Assembly (NCBI GenBank): GCA_029288895.1
Contig: JARIGK010000001.1
Coordinates: 134,682-198,681, forward strand
Length of the DNA: 64,000 nucleotides
Direction: 5' to 3'
Source of the DNA: Candidatus Adlerbacteria bacterium
Lineage (GTDB): Bacteria; Patescibacteriota; Minisyncoccia; Phycocordibacterales; SBAW01
A model generated the notes under the pieces. The model worked only from the letters and a program-made list of their open reading frames with translations, was not told the origin of the DNA and made no database searches. A program made the position numbers and the translations under genes. Each line of letters begins with the position of its first letter. Positions within the stretch are counted from its first letter, which is position 1. Below, piece after piece: positions 23,280-33,291 of the stretch.

Positions 23280-24323
23280 TTATGCGTGCGTGTTGGGGTA
23301 TTCGCGGTGGACGTCGGCGATGTCTACGAGTAGTTCAGGCGGGAGGGTGATGTTGCCTCCTTCGATGTCGACGGCAAGCTGCTCGATGCTCGTGGCGCCA
23401 ATAATGGTCGATGTGGTAAATGGACGCGACGTAGCAAAGGCAATAGCCATTGCAGCTGGGTCGATGTTGTATTTCTTTGCCAAATCGACATAGCGCTGGA
23501 TAGCGGCTTGCGACTGCGGCGGGTTGTAGTGCGCATTGCGGTCGGTCAACGCCAAACGTGAGCCTGCTGGGCGGGCACCACCCAAGTATTTACCCGTCAG
23601 CGAGCCCATCGAAAGTGCCGAGTAGGGGAGCAGCCCAACATTTTCGCGCAAACACATTTCGGAAAGGCCGATTTCAAATTTGCGGGAAAGAAGGGAGTAC
23701 TGATTTTGAATAGTCGAGATTTTTGTCATTCCTTTTTCTCGCGCCAGGTTCAAGTACTCCATCACGCCCCACGGGCTTTCGTTCGAGACGCCGATGGCGC
23801 GCACTTTGCCTTCTTTTACCAGTTCGGTAAGCGCCGAAAGCGTCTCTTCTATTGGTGCGCCGTCTTGAGAGGTGTCCACATCTTCGACACCATAGCGGCC
23901 CCAGACGTTGGTCTGGCGGTCGGGCCCATGTACTTGGTAGAGGTCGAGATAGTCGGTTTGGAGACGCTCAAGCGAGCCATTAATAGCTTCGCGGATGCGT
24001 TCGCGCGTAAGCGTGCCTCCTTCGCGGGTACCCATCGAACCTTTCTGCAGCATGCACGAGACCTTGCTTGCGATAATCAAATCCTTTCGTTTGCCGCTTT
24101 TTGCCAACCATGTACCAAGATAGCGTTCCGTTGTGCCTTGTTTAGAACGGTCGGGCGGAATAGGGTAAATTTCTGCTGTATCAATAAAATTGATACCGTG
24201 CGATGTGGCGTAGTCGAGCTGCTCGTGTGCATCGCTTTCGGTATTTTGTTGGCCCCAGTTCATGGTGCCTAAGCAAATTGAAGATACCGACATCTCTGTG
24301 CCGGGAAGTTTTCTGTAATCCAT
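23280..24323 (-). CDS. Aldo/keto reductase (Tas-like)
   Basis: CLGTM, IDTAEIY, SLERLQTDYLDLYQVH, GVSNES. Confidence 0.95.
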   Translation of the reverse strand: MDYRKLPGTEMSVSSICLGTMNWGQQNTESDAHEQLDYATSHGINFIDTAEIYPIPPDRSKQGTTERYLGTWLAKSGKRKDLIIASKVSCMLQKGSMGTREGGTLTRERIREAINGSLERLQTDYLDLYQVHGPDRQTNVWGRYGVEDVDTSQDGAPIEETLSALTELVKEGKVRAIGVSNESPWGVMEYLNLAREKGMTKISTIQNQYSLLSRKFEIGLSEMCLRENVGLLPYSALSMGSLTGKYLGGARPAGSRLALTDRNAHYNPPQSQAAIQRYVDLAKKYNIDPAAMAIAFATSRPFTTSTIIGATSIEQLAVDIEGGNITLPPELLVDIADVHREYPNTHA

Positions 24324-24344
24324 AAGGACCTAGTATAGCAAACA

Positions 24345-24566
24345 CTACCCGCGCGACATGTAGTGCGAAGCGTCTTCTTTTTTTAGGTCGTCTTCTTCAA
24401 GTTTTATGACCTCTTGTTGTTCCTGTTCTAATTCTTCGGGGCTCTCGTGCTCGATCTCTTCTTTTTCTTCATCGGCTATTGCTAACGCGCCAGACGACCA
24501 AAAAAAGAGGCCCAAAAAGAGGAGCAGGACTGCAACCACTATGCCTCCTAGTGTTATCCATACCAT
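24345..24566 (-). CDS. Small TM protein with acidic tail
   Basis: One TM helix then an E/D-rich tail. Confidence 0.6.
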   Translation of the reverse strand: MVWITLGGIVVAVLLLFLGLFFWSSGALAIADEEKEEIEHESPEELEQEQQEVIKLEEDDLKKEDASHYMSRG

Positions 24567-24592
24567 GATGCCTTCATTATAGCATTTCTCTG

Positions 24593-25588
24593 CTATTTGC
24601 CCTGCCCGAAGTACTTCTTTAAAAGGGCTACGTGGCCCTCGTAGGTGTCGCTGCAGTGGAAATTCCCGCGAGAATCATGGAAGTAGTAGAGACAGGTGGT
24701 CTTTTTTGGGTTCAGTGCCGCAAGCACAGCAGCAACCGATGGCTCGGCAATAGGGGCAGGCGGGAGGCCGTCATTTTGGTAGGTGTTGTACGGCGAGTCG
24801 ATATATTTATCTTTTGGCACGACCTGCGGCCACCATACACCCGAGTGGCCCGTTGCTTTTGCATACTGCAAGGTCGAGTCCATCTGCAACTTCATTCCAG
24901 AAAATATACGGTTCCAAATAATGCCGGAGATAATGCGCATTTCGTCGGGGTCGGACGTCTCGCGTTCCAAAATCGATGCGATGGTAAGACCTTCGTCGAG
25001 CGGCACAACTTTTTGTATTGCGGGCGTGTAGCGCGAAAGGATCACATCATTAAAACGCTGGCGCACATTTGTTTGCACTTCAAGCACTGACGTGCCATCG
25101 GCAATACTGTAGTCGCCCGGAGGCACCGTGCCGTCGTTTAAGTCTTGGTTTGAAACAGGCGGCAGGTCGGTAAACATCTTTTCGGTATTAGTGTTCCAGT
25201 TGAGAGCGTCGCCAAATGCCGCAGCAACTTGTTCTTTGCGCCAGCCCGGTTGGATAGTAACGACATCAGGCACGGCGCCCGTGACAGCGGCCATTTGGTA
25301 GAGGTGCGTGCCGCTGATCACGCGCGCTAGTGCGGCAAAGAAACCGCCGGCACCTTGTGCTGCGGCTTGGAGCGGCCCCGCTTGGCCATGGAAGTAGTTA
25401 TCCGCCGCGGGCTTTTCGATTATTTTTTTATTTTGCGGGTCGACGCCAATGGGGAATGGCTCGCGTGCGCCCGCGCCTTGCTGCCAGACAGTGATGCTTG
25501 GCAATACAAAAAAGAGCAGCGACAAGAGGGCGCACAGCATGATAAATGCGTAGAGCAACTTCAAACGTCTGTCACGCTTTCGGCGCAT
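24593..25588 (-). CDS. mltG: Endolytic transglycosylase MltG/YceG
   Basis: IASILERE, LQMDST, SPYNTY..GLPPAPI, YEGH. Confidence 0.92.
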   Translation of the reverse strand: MRRKRDRRLKLLYAFIMLCALLSLLFFVLPSITVWQQGAGAREPFPIGVDPQNKKIIEKPAADNYFHGQAGPLQAAAQGAGGFFAALARVISGTHLYQMAAVTGAVPDVVTIQPGWRKEQVAAAFGDALNWNTNTEKMFTDLPPVSNQDLNDGTVPPGDYSIADGTSVLEVQTNVRQRFNDVILSRYTPAIQKVVPLDEGLTIASILERETSDPDEMRIISGIIWNRIFSGMKLQMDSTLQYAKATGHSGVWWPQVVPKDKYIDSPYNTYQNDGLPPAPIAEPSVAAVLAALNPKKTTCLYYFHDSRGNFHCSDTYEGHVALLKKYFGQGK

Positions 25589-25595
25589 GGTGTGT

Positions 25596-26297
25596 TTATT
25601 CTACCTCAAGAATCAGCGGCAAATGGTCAGAAATCTCGATAGTTGGGACAGTAAACTCTTTCACCTGTACATCTCCTTTGATAAAAATATAGTCGCTGTG
25701 ATAGAGCTCGTTGCCCGGGTGTTGTTCCCATGCATAGCGATTCCGTGTTGTTGCTATACCGAACTCGCGTATCACATCTCGATAGCCTGCAGCGCGAAGT
25801 AGCTCTAAGCTTTTAGTATCAGGCAACATATTAAAATCGCCACCGATAATTTTGACGCCGTCTTTTTGCTCCATATATTCGAGGAACGCGCGGGACTGCT
25901 CCATGCGTTGCTCTGTGTCGAGTTTGCCGGGCCACGGGAAGCCGTGCACGTTCAGTATATGGATGTCTTTGGTGCCCAGTGTGTGGTGCGTATAGAGTCC
26001 GACGCCGGTGCCGGTGCCCGCATCTGCCAGCACTGCGTTGTGCGCGCGTACGGGACATGAGGCTGCGGCATAGGTTGCTTGCTCGATGACGTGGACGGCG
26101 TTGTTGGATGGTTTAAGGATGTCTTTTCTGAGAAATGCCTCTGTGTGGTGGGGTAGAGTGCGGGTGCATATCTCACGCACCGTATGTGACGCTTCTTCTA
26201 AACACCAGATGTCGGTGCTGCTCGCGTGTTCTCTAAAGAATGCTTCGAGCGGTTCTTTGAGGGTGCCCAACCAGGCGTTTAAAAATATGATCTTCAT
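25596..26297 (-). CDS. Endonuclease/exonuclease/phosphatase family
   Basis: FLNAW, CLEE, GGDFN, DYIF, SDHLP. Confidence 0.9.
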   Translation of the reverse strand: MKIIFLNAWLGTLKEPLEAFFREHASSTDIWCLEEASHTVREICTRTLPHHTEAFLRKDILKPSNNAVHVIEQATYAAASCPVRAHNAVLADAGTGTGVGLYTHHTLGTKDIHILNVHGFPWPGKLDTEQRMEQSRAFLEYMEQKDGVKIIGGDFNMLPDTKSLELLRAAGYRDVIREFGIATTRNRYAWEQHPGNELYHSDYIFIKGDVQVKEFTVPTIEISDHLPLILEVE

Positions 26298-26334
26298 AGA
26301 AAATATGCGGGATATACTAGTATACATACATAGA

Positions 26335-26718
26335 ATGAGTAGGAAATTTTTGAAACGCCGCAGCACATGGCGCGGAACATATATCGACCTCTGGAGCGTG
26401 CCGCACGTCATTTCAGGCGTCGTGCTTGGGTACCTCGCCTACTTCTCGTCACTTTCATTTTGGAATGGGTTCTGGATAGCGCTGTCTGTAGGCATCGGGT
26501 GGGAATTATTCGAGCGCATTACGCGGCTGTCGCGCACAGAAGCCTACACTAACTCGCTTGGCGATATTGTCTGTGCACAAGCGGGGTTTGTTGCTGCATT
26601 TCTCCTACTTCAAAAATTTAATAACCCGGCGACAGAAAAGTTCGTCGTCATCGCGCTGTGTATCATCTTCGGCATCTTGTGCCTCCTCGGCTTCCGCGCT
26701 TTTAAATATTACGGATAA
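26335..26718 (+). CDS. Hypothetical 4-TM protein (DxWSxxH...WE...NSxxD)
   Basis: Membrane ORF with VanZ/metal-site-like motif. Confidence 0.7.
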   Translation: MSRKFLKRRSTWRGTYIDLWSVPHVISGVVLGYLAYFSSLSFWNGFWIALSVGIGWELFERITRLSRTEAYTNSLGDIVCAQAGFVAAFLLLQKFNNPATEKFVVIALCIIFGILCLLGFRAFKYYG

Positions 26719-26744
26719 AGAAAAAGGCCGCCCGTAGGCAGCCA

Positions 26745-27185
26745 TTATTTATCAGGATCGTACCGCCCAAGTATTTCCGGTGTGACATAGACCACCATGG
26801 AAACGAGCTTTGGCGGACCTTCCTTGAGGTTGAACTTCTTTTCGACCACAGGCTCGTCAAGATCGTCCTCGCACTGCACGATCTTGAGCTTGTACGTCAC
26901 GTGGGTGACTATGTGGGAAAGGCTCTTTTCGAGCTTGTCCAGGTTCGCTCGCTGTTGTGCGGTGAGGCTTGTGACCTCAACGTTGGGAGCATTCTCCCAA
27001 TTCTTGCAGACGACAGGGTCGAGCGACGCAGGCCGCTGTTGCGCGTGAGATTTTCGCGGGTTGAGTACCGCGGCGACCGCACACACAACAAGGAGGAGGA
27101 TGGCAAAGATCAGCCATCTCCGCCAGCCGCCAGGTACCCTCAGATTTTCGTCCGGAGACCCTTCAAGGGTTTGCCGATCGTACAT
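26745..27185 (-). CDS. Hypothetical exported protein
   Basis: GGGAG SD, TM/signal, terminator 26719-26743. Confidence 0.7.
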   Translation of the reverse strand: MYDRQTLEGSPDENLRVPGGWRRWLIFAILLLVVCAVAAVLNPRKSHAQQRPASLDPVVCKNWENAPNVEVTSLTAQQRANLDKLEKSLSHIVTHVTYKLKIVQCEDDLDEPVVEKKFNLKEGPPKLVSMVVYVTPEILGRYDPDK

Positions 27186-27254
27186 AATGAACTTCTCCCA
27201 TTTCTATTGGAGTGATACTAAAAACACCATACGCTCAAAATGAGCGATGTCAAA

Positions 27255-28244
27255 TCACAGGATGGGTTCGTGGCCGTGTTTTTTGAGGAAGTAGCCTTCA
27301 AGAGAGAAGCGGTCGTAGCCGTAGCAGATGAAGGAAAGCGGGATGCCGATCAAGATAAGATGCGGCCAGACAACTTCGCCAAAATAGACAAGCGACAGCG
27401 AAAGCCAAAACAAGAGGAAGATCGAGGTCCAGCGGATTTCAATGCCAAAGATAAAGAAGAGGCCGATGAGGATTTCGATAAGTGCGGCGCCCAAGACAAG
27501 GAAGTGCGGTTCAAACCCTAGGTAGTGGGCAATGGGGTACGGGTGCCCCGCAAGCGGCAACGACGCCACCTGCAGCGCCAAATCGTTATGCAAAATTTTT
27601 GCATAGTACGAGGCATAGATAAGCGCCGTGCCAAAACATACGCGCGCCACAAGGAAGCCGTACGGTGCCCATTTTTTGCGGAACAAAAATGCCAACGCCA
27701 GCGCCTCGCCCAGGTAGTTGGTATAGGTCAGCATGTACGCACCGTGTTTGAGGACTTCGGTAAAGAAGAGAACCAATAATGCGAGCGCTGCGAGCTCTGC
27801 ATAAAAATTAAAGATAAAGCAGACGCCAATAATGACGAGCAACACGCGCACGGCGTTGGTGAGCAGCCCAAACGTGCCTTCGATGGGGAGTTCTGGTCCA
27901 AAGAGCGAGCCGAAATAGGAAGCACCTAAAAGCGAGACGCCAACTGTGATGCGGCTTATGGTTGGTGCATAGGGCGGGAGTTTTTTGAACAAGCCTCCGA
28001 GATTTTCTTCTACGATGTGCCAGAAGGATGTAAAGAAAATGGTAGTGACAACAATAACCACGACAAGCGCCCAAAACATAAATTGGTGCATATTGCTCGT
28101 AGCAACCTGCAATTCAGAAAATGGCGCTGCAGTAAGGCCTGTTTGTATTTGCTCGGGTGAAAGTACGTACACCTCGTGTGCCGAGGCGAGCGCGGGGAAA
28201 AGGGCGCCGAGCGCCGCTGTACATATATAGATGAGCTTCCGCAT
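27255..28244 (-). CDS. DoxX-like multi-TM protein
   Basis: Signal AHEVYV; RVCFG...AK...EILIG...H DoxX pattern. Confidence 0.7.
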   Translation of the reverse strand: MRKLIYICTAALGALFPALASAHEVYVLSPEQIQTGLTAAPFSELQVATSNMHQFMFWALVVVIVVTTIFFTSFWHIVEENLGGLFKKLPPYAPTISRITVGVSLLGASYFGSLFGPELPIEGTFGLLTNAVRVLLVIIGVCFIFNFYAELAALALLVLFFTEVLKHGAYMLTYTNYLGEALALAFLFRKKWAPYGFLVARVCFGTALIYASYYAKILHNDLALQVASLPLAGHPYPIAHYLGFEPHFLVLGAALIEILIGLFFIFGIEIRWTSIFLLFWLSLSLVYFGEVVWPHLILIGIPLSFICYGYDRFSLEGYFLKKHGHEPIL

Positions 28245-28256
28245 ACGCGGATTGTA

Positions 28257-30326
28257 TCACCCTTCGACCGAGGCGGCGGCTGTGGAGGAGAGTGCTTTTT
28301 TGAATGCCTTCTCTAATTCTTTGAGGCCCACGGGTTTGGTGAGATGATAGTGGAAACCTGCTTCGTGCGCTTTTTCTTTATCTTCTGTTTGGCCGTAGCC
28401 GGTAAGAGCGATAAGCGCTGCGTTTGTTGCGTTGTCTTGTTTCAAGCGGCGCACTACTTCGTAGCCGTCGATGTCGGGCAAGCCAATGTCGAGCACAAGG
28501 ATGTCATGGTCGGCCATACGTGCCGCTTCGAGCGCGGCCAACCCCGAGTAGGCCACGTGTACTTCATGACCGCGCAACTCAAGCAGCCTCTTCAGTGCAT
28601 GCGCTGCTGCCTCGTTGTCGTCAACAACTAAGATGCTGCGTTTATTGCGCACTGCACGCAAGGTACGATTTCCTGTGCCCGTGAGTATAGGTTTTTTTGC
28701 GGGCTTCTCGACGCGACCGCGGATAAGCGGCAGGCGCACGGTAAATTCCGACCCTTTTCCTTCGCCCTCGCTTTTCACTTCAATCGTGCCGCCGTGCATC
28801 TCGACCAGCTGGCGGGTGAGCGGTAGGCCGACGCCCAAGCCCTCTGTCGGTAATTTGCCGCGTTGCACCTGGAAGAAGGGTTCGAAGATGCGCTTTTGCA
28901 TCGTGCGCGAAATACCAATACCGTTATCGCGGAGCGTAAGCACAGCCATGTTTTTATCGTCGCGAAGCGAAAGTTCGATCGTGCCGCCAGGGTTTGTATA
29001 CTTCGCTGCATTGTTTAACAGATTGACGAGTATTTGTTCGACGCGGATAGGGTCAGCTTCCATATAGAGCGGCTCTTCTGGTTTGTGTACATGCAAACGG
29101 TGGCCGCGGCTTTGGAGAAGCGGTTTGGTCGACTCAACAGAGCGGTCGACGATATCTTCGACAAAGACCACTTCTTTGCGCAGCGCCAACTTATTGCGCG
29201 AGATGCGCGATATGTCGAGTACGTCATCGAGCATGCCGCGCATCGCGTTGACGTGCTGGCCGATGGTATTAACGAGTAAGGCCGACTCGCTGTGCTCGTG
29301 GCTTTCCAAGCGCAGGAGCTCTGCAGATGAGAGAATGGCTGCCAAAGGGTTCCGTAGTTCGTGCGCCAGCATCGCAAGGAAATTTTTCTTTGCTTCGTCT
29401 TCGGAGCTAATTTTACTGAGCGTTGTCTCAAGTTCTGTCACGTGGCGTGCGAGTTCTTGTTGTGCATGTTTGCGCTCTTCGACGATTGCCGTAAAGGTCA
29501 AAAATACCGTGCCCATCGTTGCGCTAAAGATCGCAAGCTGGAAGAGCGAGCCATTGGCAAAGGGGCCGTGGCCAAGCAATGTACCGCACAGCGCAACAAG
29601 CGCGGCAAGTGCAATAGAGAGACTCATGCCGCGCGGGCCCGTGCGCAGCGCCACCCACGTCAGCGGGATAAACACGTAGTAGGTAAAGTATGAGCTTTGC
29701 GGCAGCCAAAAAATAAACAGCGACGTGGCAAAGACGAGCAGGGTAAGCAGCGTAAGTTCGATGTATTGGCCGGCCGTACGCTCAAATCGCGGGCGAGAGA
29801 ACCACTTCAACAAGAGCGGTGCCAAAATAAGGATGCCCAATGCGTCGCCCGCCCACCACGCACCCCACATAGAGGGCAGCTCGGTGATGCGTCGTGCGCC
29901 GCTGGCCCACAGGCTTGCGATGCCAATGCTTGCACTCAAGAGCGGTGCAATAAACGCGGTTGCAATAATGCCGATGTTGTCACGCAGCCGAAGTAAAGAG
30001 GGTTGGAAGCCCACGTAGTAGTTTAAAAAATACGCGCCAGCGAGTGCCTCAAGTGCGTTACCTGCGCCTATCATCAGCGCGGCGAATATCGTTGCGCCGT
30101 CAGACAGGTTGACGAGTGCGGCGCCAATAAAGACTGCAGGCCAGAGCCGGTACCCCCACAGGAGAAGTGCTGCAAGTGCCACGGCGCTTGCCGGCCACAC
30201 AAACGTCGCGAAGGTGCCGACGGGTTCAATGCTTAATCCGAGACGCCCCGCCAGGAAGTAGACAAGTGTGAGAAGAATGTAGGGTTCGTATCGAAAGAAG
30301 AGGGTGATAAGGGCTCTTCTATTCAT
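28257..30326 (-). CDS. MASE1 hybrid sensor histidine kinase (HisKA, HATPase, REC)
   Basis: WPASA MASE1, AHELRNPL, NLLNNAAKY, DNGIG, VVDDN..DIGLP..KP. Confidence 0.95.
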   Translation of the reverse strand: MNRRALITLFFRYEPYILLTLVYFLAGRLGLSIEPVGTFATFVWPASAVALAALLLWGYRLWPAVFIGAALVNLSDGATIFAALMIGAGNALEALAGAYFLNYYVGFQPSLLRLRDNIGIIATAFIAPLLSASIGIASLWASGARRITELPSMWGAWWAGDALGILILAPLLLKWFSRPRFERTAGQYIELTLLTLLVFATSLFIFWLPQSSYFTYYVFIPLTWVALRTGPRGMSLSIALAALVALCGTLLGHGPFANGSLFQLAIFSATMGTVFLTFTAIVEERKHAQQELARHVTELETTLSKISSEDEAKKNFLAMLAHELRNPLAAILSSAELLRLESHEHSESALLVNTIGQHVNAMRGMLDDVLDISRISRNKLALRKEVVFVEDIVDRSVESTKPLLQSRGHRLHVHKPEEPLYMEADPIRVEQILVNLLNNAAKYTNPGGTIELSLRDDKNMAVLTLRDNGIGISRTMQKRIFEPFFQVQRGKLPTEGLGVGLPLTRQLVEMHGGTIEVKSEGEGKGSEFTVRLPLIRGRVEKPAKKPILTGTGNRTLRAVRNKRSILVVDDNEAAAHALKRLLELRGHEVHVAYSGLAALEAARMADHDILVLDIGLPDIDGYEVVRRLKQDNATNAALIALTGYGQTEDKEKAHEAGFHYHLTKPVGLKELEKAFKKALSSTAAASVEG

Positions 30327-30332
30327 GCGCTG

Positions 30333-31007
30333 TTATGCGACAAATCGGTATCCGACGCCGCGCACTGTTTCAAAGCGGGGCGACATTTCTGTGCGTTCGA
30401 GTTTTTTGCGCAAGTTTTTCATGTGGACGTCGAGCACGTTGCTCCACGTCATAGAGTTAAAGTCCCACACATGGCTCGAGAGTTCTTCGCGGGTAAATAC
30501 TTCGCCTGGGCGGCGCAAGAAACATTCAAGTAGTGCGTATTCTTTCAGCGTAAGAGAAATTTCTTCACCATCGACATAGACTTTGTGCGTTGCAGTGTCG
30601 ATGGTAATGTCGCCGACCGTATGCACGACGGTGGGCATGGTTTGCGGGCGGCGGGAGACTGATGCGATGCGGGCAATAAGTTCTTCGTGTGAAAAGGGTT
30701 TGACGACGTAGTCATCGGCACCAGCGTTCAGGAGCTCCACTTTGGTAGTGGTGTCGGACGAGCCAGTCAAAATAATGATAGGGGTCTTGATCTCCGCTTC
30801 GCGGATTTTTTTGGTCAACGCCAGGCCGCCCATGCCAGGGAGCCCCAAGTCCATAATCATCACGCCGTAGTCGGTGTGGTAGAGCTGGGCGCGGGTAAAA
30901 GCTTTGTCGCCGTCATCGACCCAGTCCACTGCAAAACCCTTTAATTCTAATATCTTGGTAAGGTTAGCCCCGAGCTGCTGCTCGTCTTCGACAAGTAGTA
31001 ATCTCAT
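30333..31007 (-). CDS. OmpR-family response regulator
   Basis: LLVEDE, DLGLP, GADDYVVKPF, LRKKL, ETVRGVGY. Confidence 0.96.
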   Translation of the reverse strand: MRLLLVEDEQQLGANLTKILELKGFAVDWVDDGDKAFTRAQLYHTDYGVMIMDLGLPGMGGLALTKKIREAEIKTPIIILTGSSDTTTKVELLNAGADDYVVKPFSHEELIARIASVSRRPQTMPTVVHTVGDITIDTATHKVYVDGEEISLTLKEYALLECFLRRPGEVFTREELSSHVWDFNSMTWSNVLDVHMKNLRKKLERTEMSPRFETVRGVGYRFVA

Positions 31008-31137
31008 ATATACAGCCTACTCTATAGAGGTCTCCATGAACATATCATGAAGAAAGTATTTTTCGGTAGCCTGTAAGGCTTCTTCGCGGTTTTTGCACTC
31101 ACGGCAAAAGCGGGCGAATACCTCGTCCGCTTCACGC

Positions 31138-31326
31138 TCAAATCGTGCCAGATATGGTTCCATACAAGTTGTTTGGCACTACCTTGTACATGCGCATGAT
31201 GCGCTCTGCCATGCGCGGGTGGGTGCGCTTGACGTGGTTCCACATCTTGATCTTATTCATAAGTGGCTTGGCTTCGGAGCCCAGCTCCTTGTACCCGCAC
31301 TCGCTGCAAATAAGTGTGACGTTCAT
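31138..31326 (-). CDS. Small C2H2-like Zn-binding protein
   Basis: CSEC...HVKRTH; TATACT upstream. Confidence 0.6.
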   Translation of the reverse strand: MNVTLICSECGYKELGSEAKPLMNKIKMWNHVKRTHPRMAERIMRMYKVVPNNLYGTISGTI

Positions 31327-31357
31327 AGACACACAGTATAGAAGGGGGCGGGTGATA

Positions 31358-31564
31358 TTAAAGTGAAGACCTAACGTCGTCGACGCGTTGCTTCAAAAGC
31401 TGCTCCATGTCGGTAATAGCTTTGGTGATTTCTTTTGCAGTGTCATGCGCTTCGCCGCTTTTGCCTTCGAGTAAGAGCTCCAATAATTGCGCTTGGCTGT
31501 AGAGCACCGACAGCGCATTGCGCAGGTCGTGGTTGAGCTTTGAAATCTTTTCTGGCAATTCCAT
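31358..31564 (-). CDS. Stand-alone HisKA (DHp) domain protein, 68 aa
   Basis: H-box LNHDLRNALS, two helices, no catalytic domain. Confidence 0.72.
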   Translation of the reverse strand: MELPEKISKLNHDLRNALSVLYSQAQLLELLLEGKSGEAHDTAKEITKAITDMEQLLKQRVDDVRSSL

Positions 31565-31625
31565 CGTGTGTGCAGTATAGCAAAACGAAAGACGGCGACC
31601 AGTGTAGTACTGGCCGCCGTTGTTT

Positions 31626-31961
31626 TCACAGCAGCATGAGCTGCCGAACTTTTTTGTATTCCTCCAAAGGTCTGAGGTTGCTGCGTTGCGCATCGTATTG
31701 GACCCAGTGCCGCTGTTCGGGCGTGGCTTGCATGACCCACGCTGCAATCTCACACATTTGATCGTATTGTTTTTTCGGTATCCAGTCGCGGCCAGCTTTT
31801 GCCACCACTGGTAATGCATGAGTCTTGCGGGCGAAGGTTCTAAAGCTCTTCACCAGTACGAAGTAGTGTTCATGTCCTCCGAAGAGGAATGAGCACGTCG
31901 TGTCCGTTGGGGGATTGGTCTTCCAGCAGAGATCAGCTGCTGTGATGTTTGCCAAGGGCAT
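31626..31961 (-). CDS. Hypothetical protein
   Basis: GGAG SD and TTGACA-17-GATAAT promoter at 32008-32036. Confidence 0.6.
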   Translation of the reverse strand: MPLANITAADLCWKTNPPTDTTCSFLFGGHEHYFVLVKSFRTFARKTHALPVVAKAGRDWIPKKQYDQMCEIAAWVMQATPEQRHWVQYDAQRSNLRPLEEYKKVRQLMLL

Positions 31962-32153
31962 GCGTACGCTCCATTTTTGGTTAGAGAATACTTGAACTCT
32001 AGTAATTATTATCCTAAAGTTTGAATGAAATGTCAATGATTGAATGAAAAACCCATGCAGGACAAGGGTTTTCCACAGATACAAAATTGTACATATCCAA
32101 CCTCATCTGGTATACCCAATATAGACGCACACAAAAATGGAAAGGGTAGCGTA

Positions 32154-32435
32154 ATGGTTCCATCAACTGCCTCTAAAGAGAATACTGAGCCACGGGCCAA
32201 TCGTCTCAGTATTGCGGACGCTAATCGTCCGCCGCGCAAACATGGCAGTCGATGTTGTCGCAAAGGTTGCAAAGGCACAATAGGCATTTACGTGCCGCAG
32301 TCCATTTTCGTTTGGACACGGCAATTTTGCTCTCGTGAATGTCGCGATATTCACGACAGTAAAATAGCGCGCCCTTTGTTCCTTCCCGCGTCGACAGCTA
32401 TGTTCCTCCTTCTCTCATCGTGCGTCTCGTCTTAG
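32154..32435 (+). CDS. Small Cys-rich protein (TRASH-like C..C...FCSxxC)
   Basis: CCRKGC...FCSREC; terminator 32422-32452. Confidence 0.5.
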   Translation: MVPSTASKENTEPRANRLSIADANRPPRKHGSRCCRKGCKGTIGIYVPQSIFVWTRQFCSRECRDIHDSKIARPLFLPASTAMFLLLSSCVSS

Positions 32436-32472
32436 GACGGGGCGCTTTTTTTATGTAAAGAAAAAGGCCGCG

Positions 32473-33189
32473 CTACATGCGCGGCCCAGAACTCCGTAGT
32501 TGAAACTCATCTTCTGGGAGAGGAAATATATCCTTCCAAAAAGGGAGTGGGTTATGCCCTGCAGGGTCACGTTTCGATTCAGGCTCCCATTCGCCGAAGA
32601 CTTCAACAGCGTCATCGTTAATGTAGAGCCTTTCATTCCATCGTGCCGGCCGTGCTTCCCGGTTCAAGATAAAACGAGTCGTCATCGTCGCGCGCCACAT
32701 GCCCAAATAGACGCTAGACTCATGGCGGTTGCGTGGGTCGGCGAAATCTCGAATTTCAGGCGTGCTGATTTGCACCAGCTCACCTCGGGCTACTTTTACC
32801 CGGCCTTCGCCCCACATGCCGCGGATGGCAGTCGTCTCGGCTGTTTCGCCGTAGATGCCGGTCTCGCTTGTGGTGCGAATGACCGCGTCTTCTCCCTCTC
32901 GTGTAGTTGGAATGATTCTGCCGGCAACGATGCGATAGTGTTCGATGAGCTCCATTCCGGCAACGCGCAGCAACACTTCGGATTTTTTCGAACAGCACAC
33001 GCAATTGCCGTTATCGAGACGGGCGAACTCAATCTCCCGTTTTTGATTAATGGCCTTTGCCAAGTTCGCCAATTTGCGCGGACTACTTCGCTCAAACTCC
33101 TCGAGGTCAAAAGGCTTCCCGTCGAATGTTGTGCATCCAACCAGAAAGACTCGCAGATCTTTAATGGAATCGAATGTATAGAACTTCAC
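32473..33189 (-). CDS. Hypothetical protein, degenerate Nudix-box-like segment
   Basis: AGGAGG SD; GETAETTAIRGMWGEG; terminator 32457-32486. Confidence 0.6.
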   Translation of the reverse strand: MKFYTFDSIKDLRVFLVGCTTFDGKPFDLEEFERSSPRKLANLAKAINQKREIEFARLDNGNCVCCSKKSEVLLRVAGMELIEHYRIVAGRIIPTTREGEDAVIRTTSETGIYGETAETTAIRGMWGEGRVKVARGELVQISTPEIRDFADPRNRHESSVYLGMWRATMTTRFILNREARPARWNERLYINDDAVEVFGEWEPESKRDPAGHNPLPFWKDIFPLPEDEFQLRSSGPRM

Positions 33190-33291
33190 TTGGGCCTCCT
33201 AAAACGTTGCGTAGTAGGATAACCCCCCGGACTCTGTACCCACACTATCGTTTTTTAAAGAAAAAGTGAAGCTCAGCAGTAGATGAAGGAT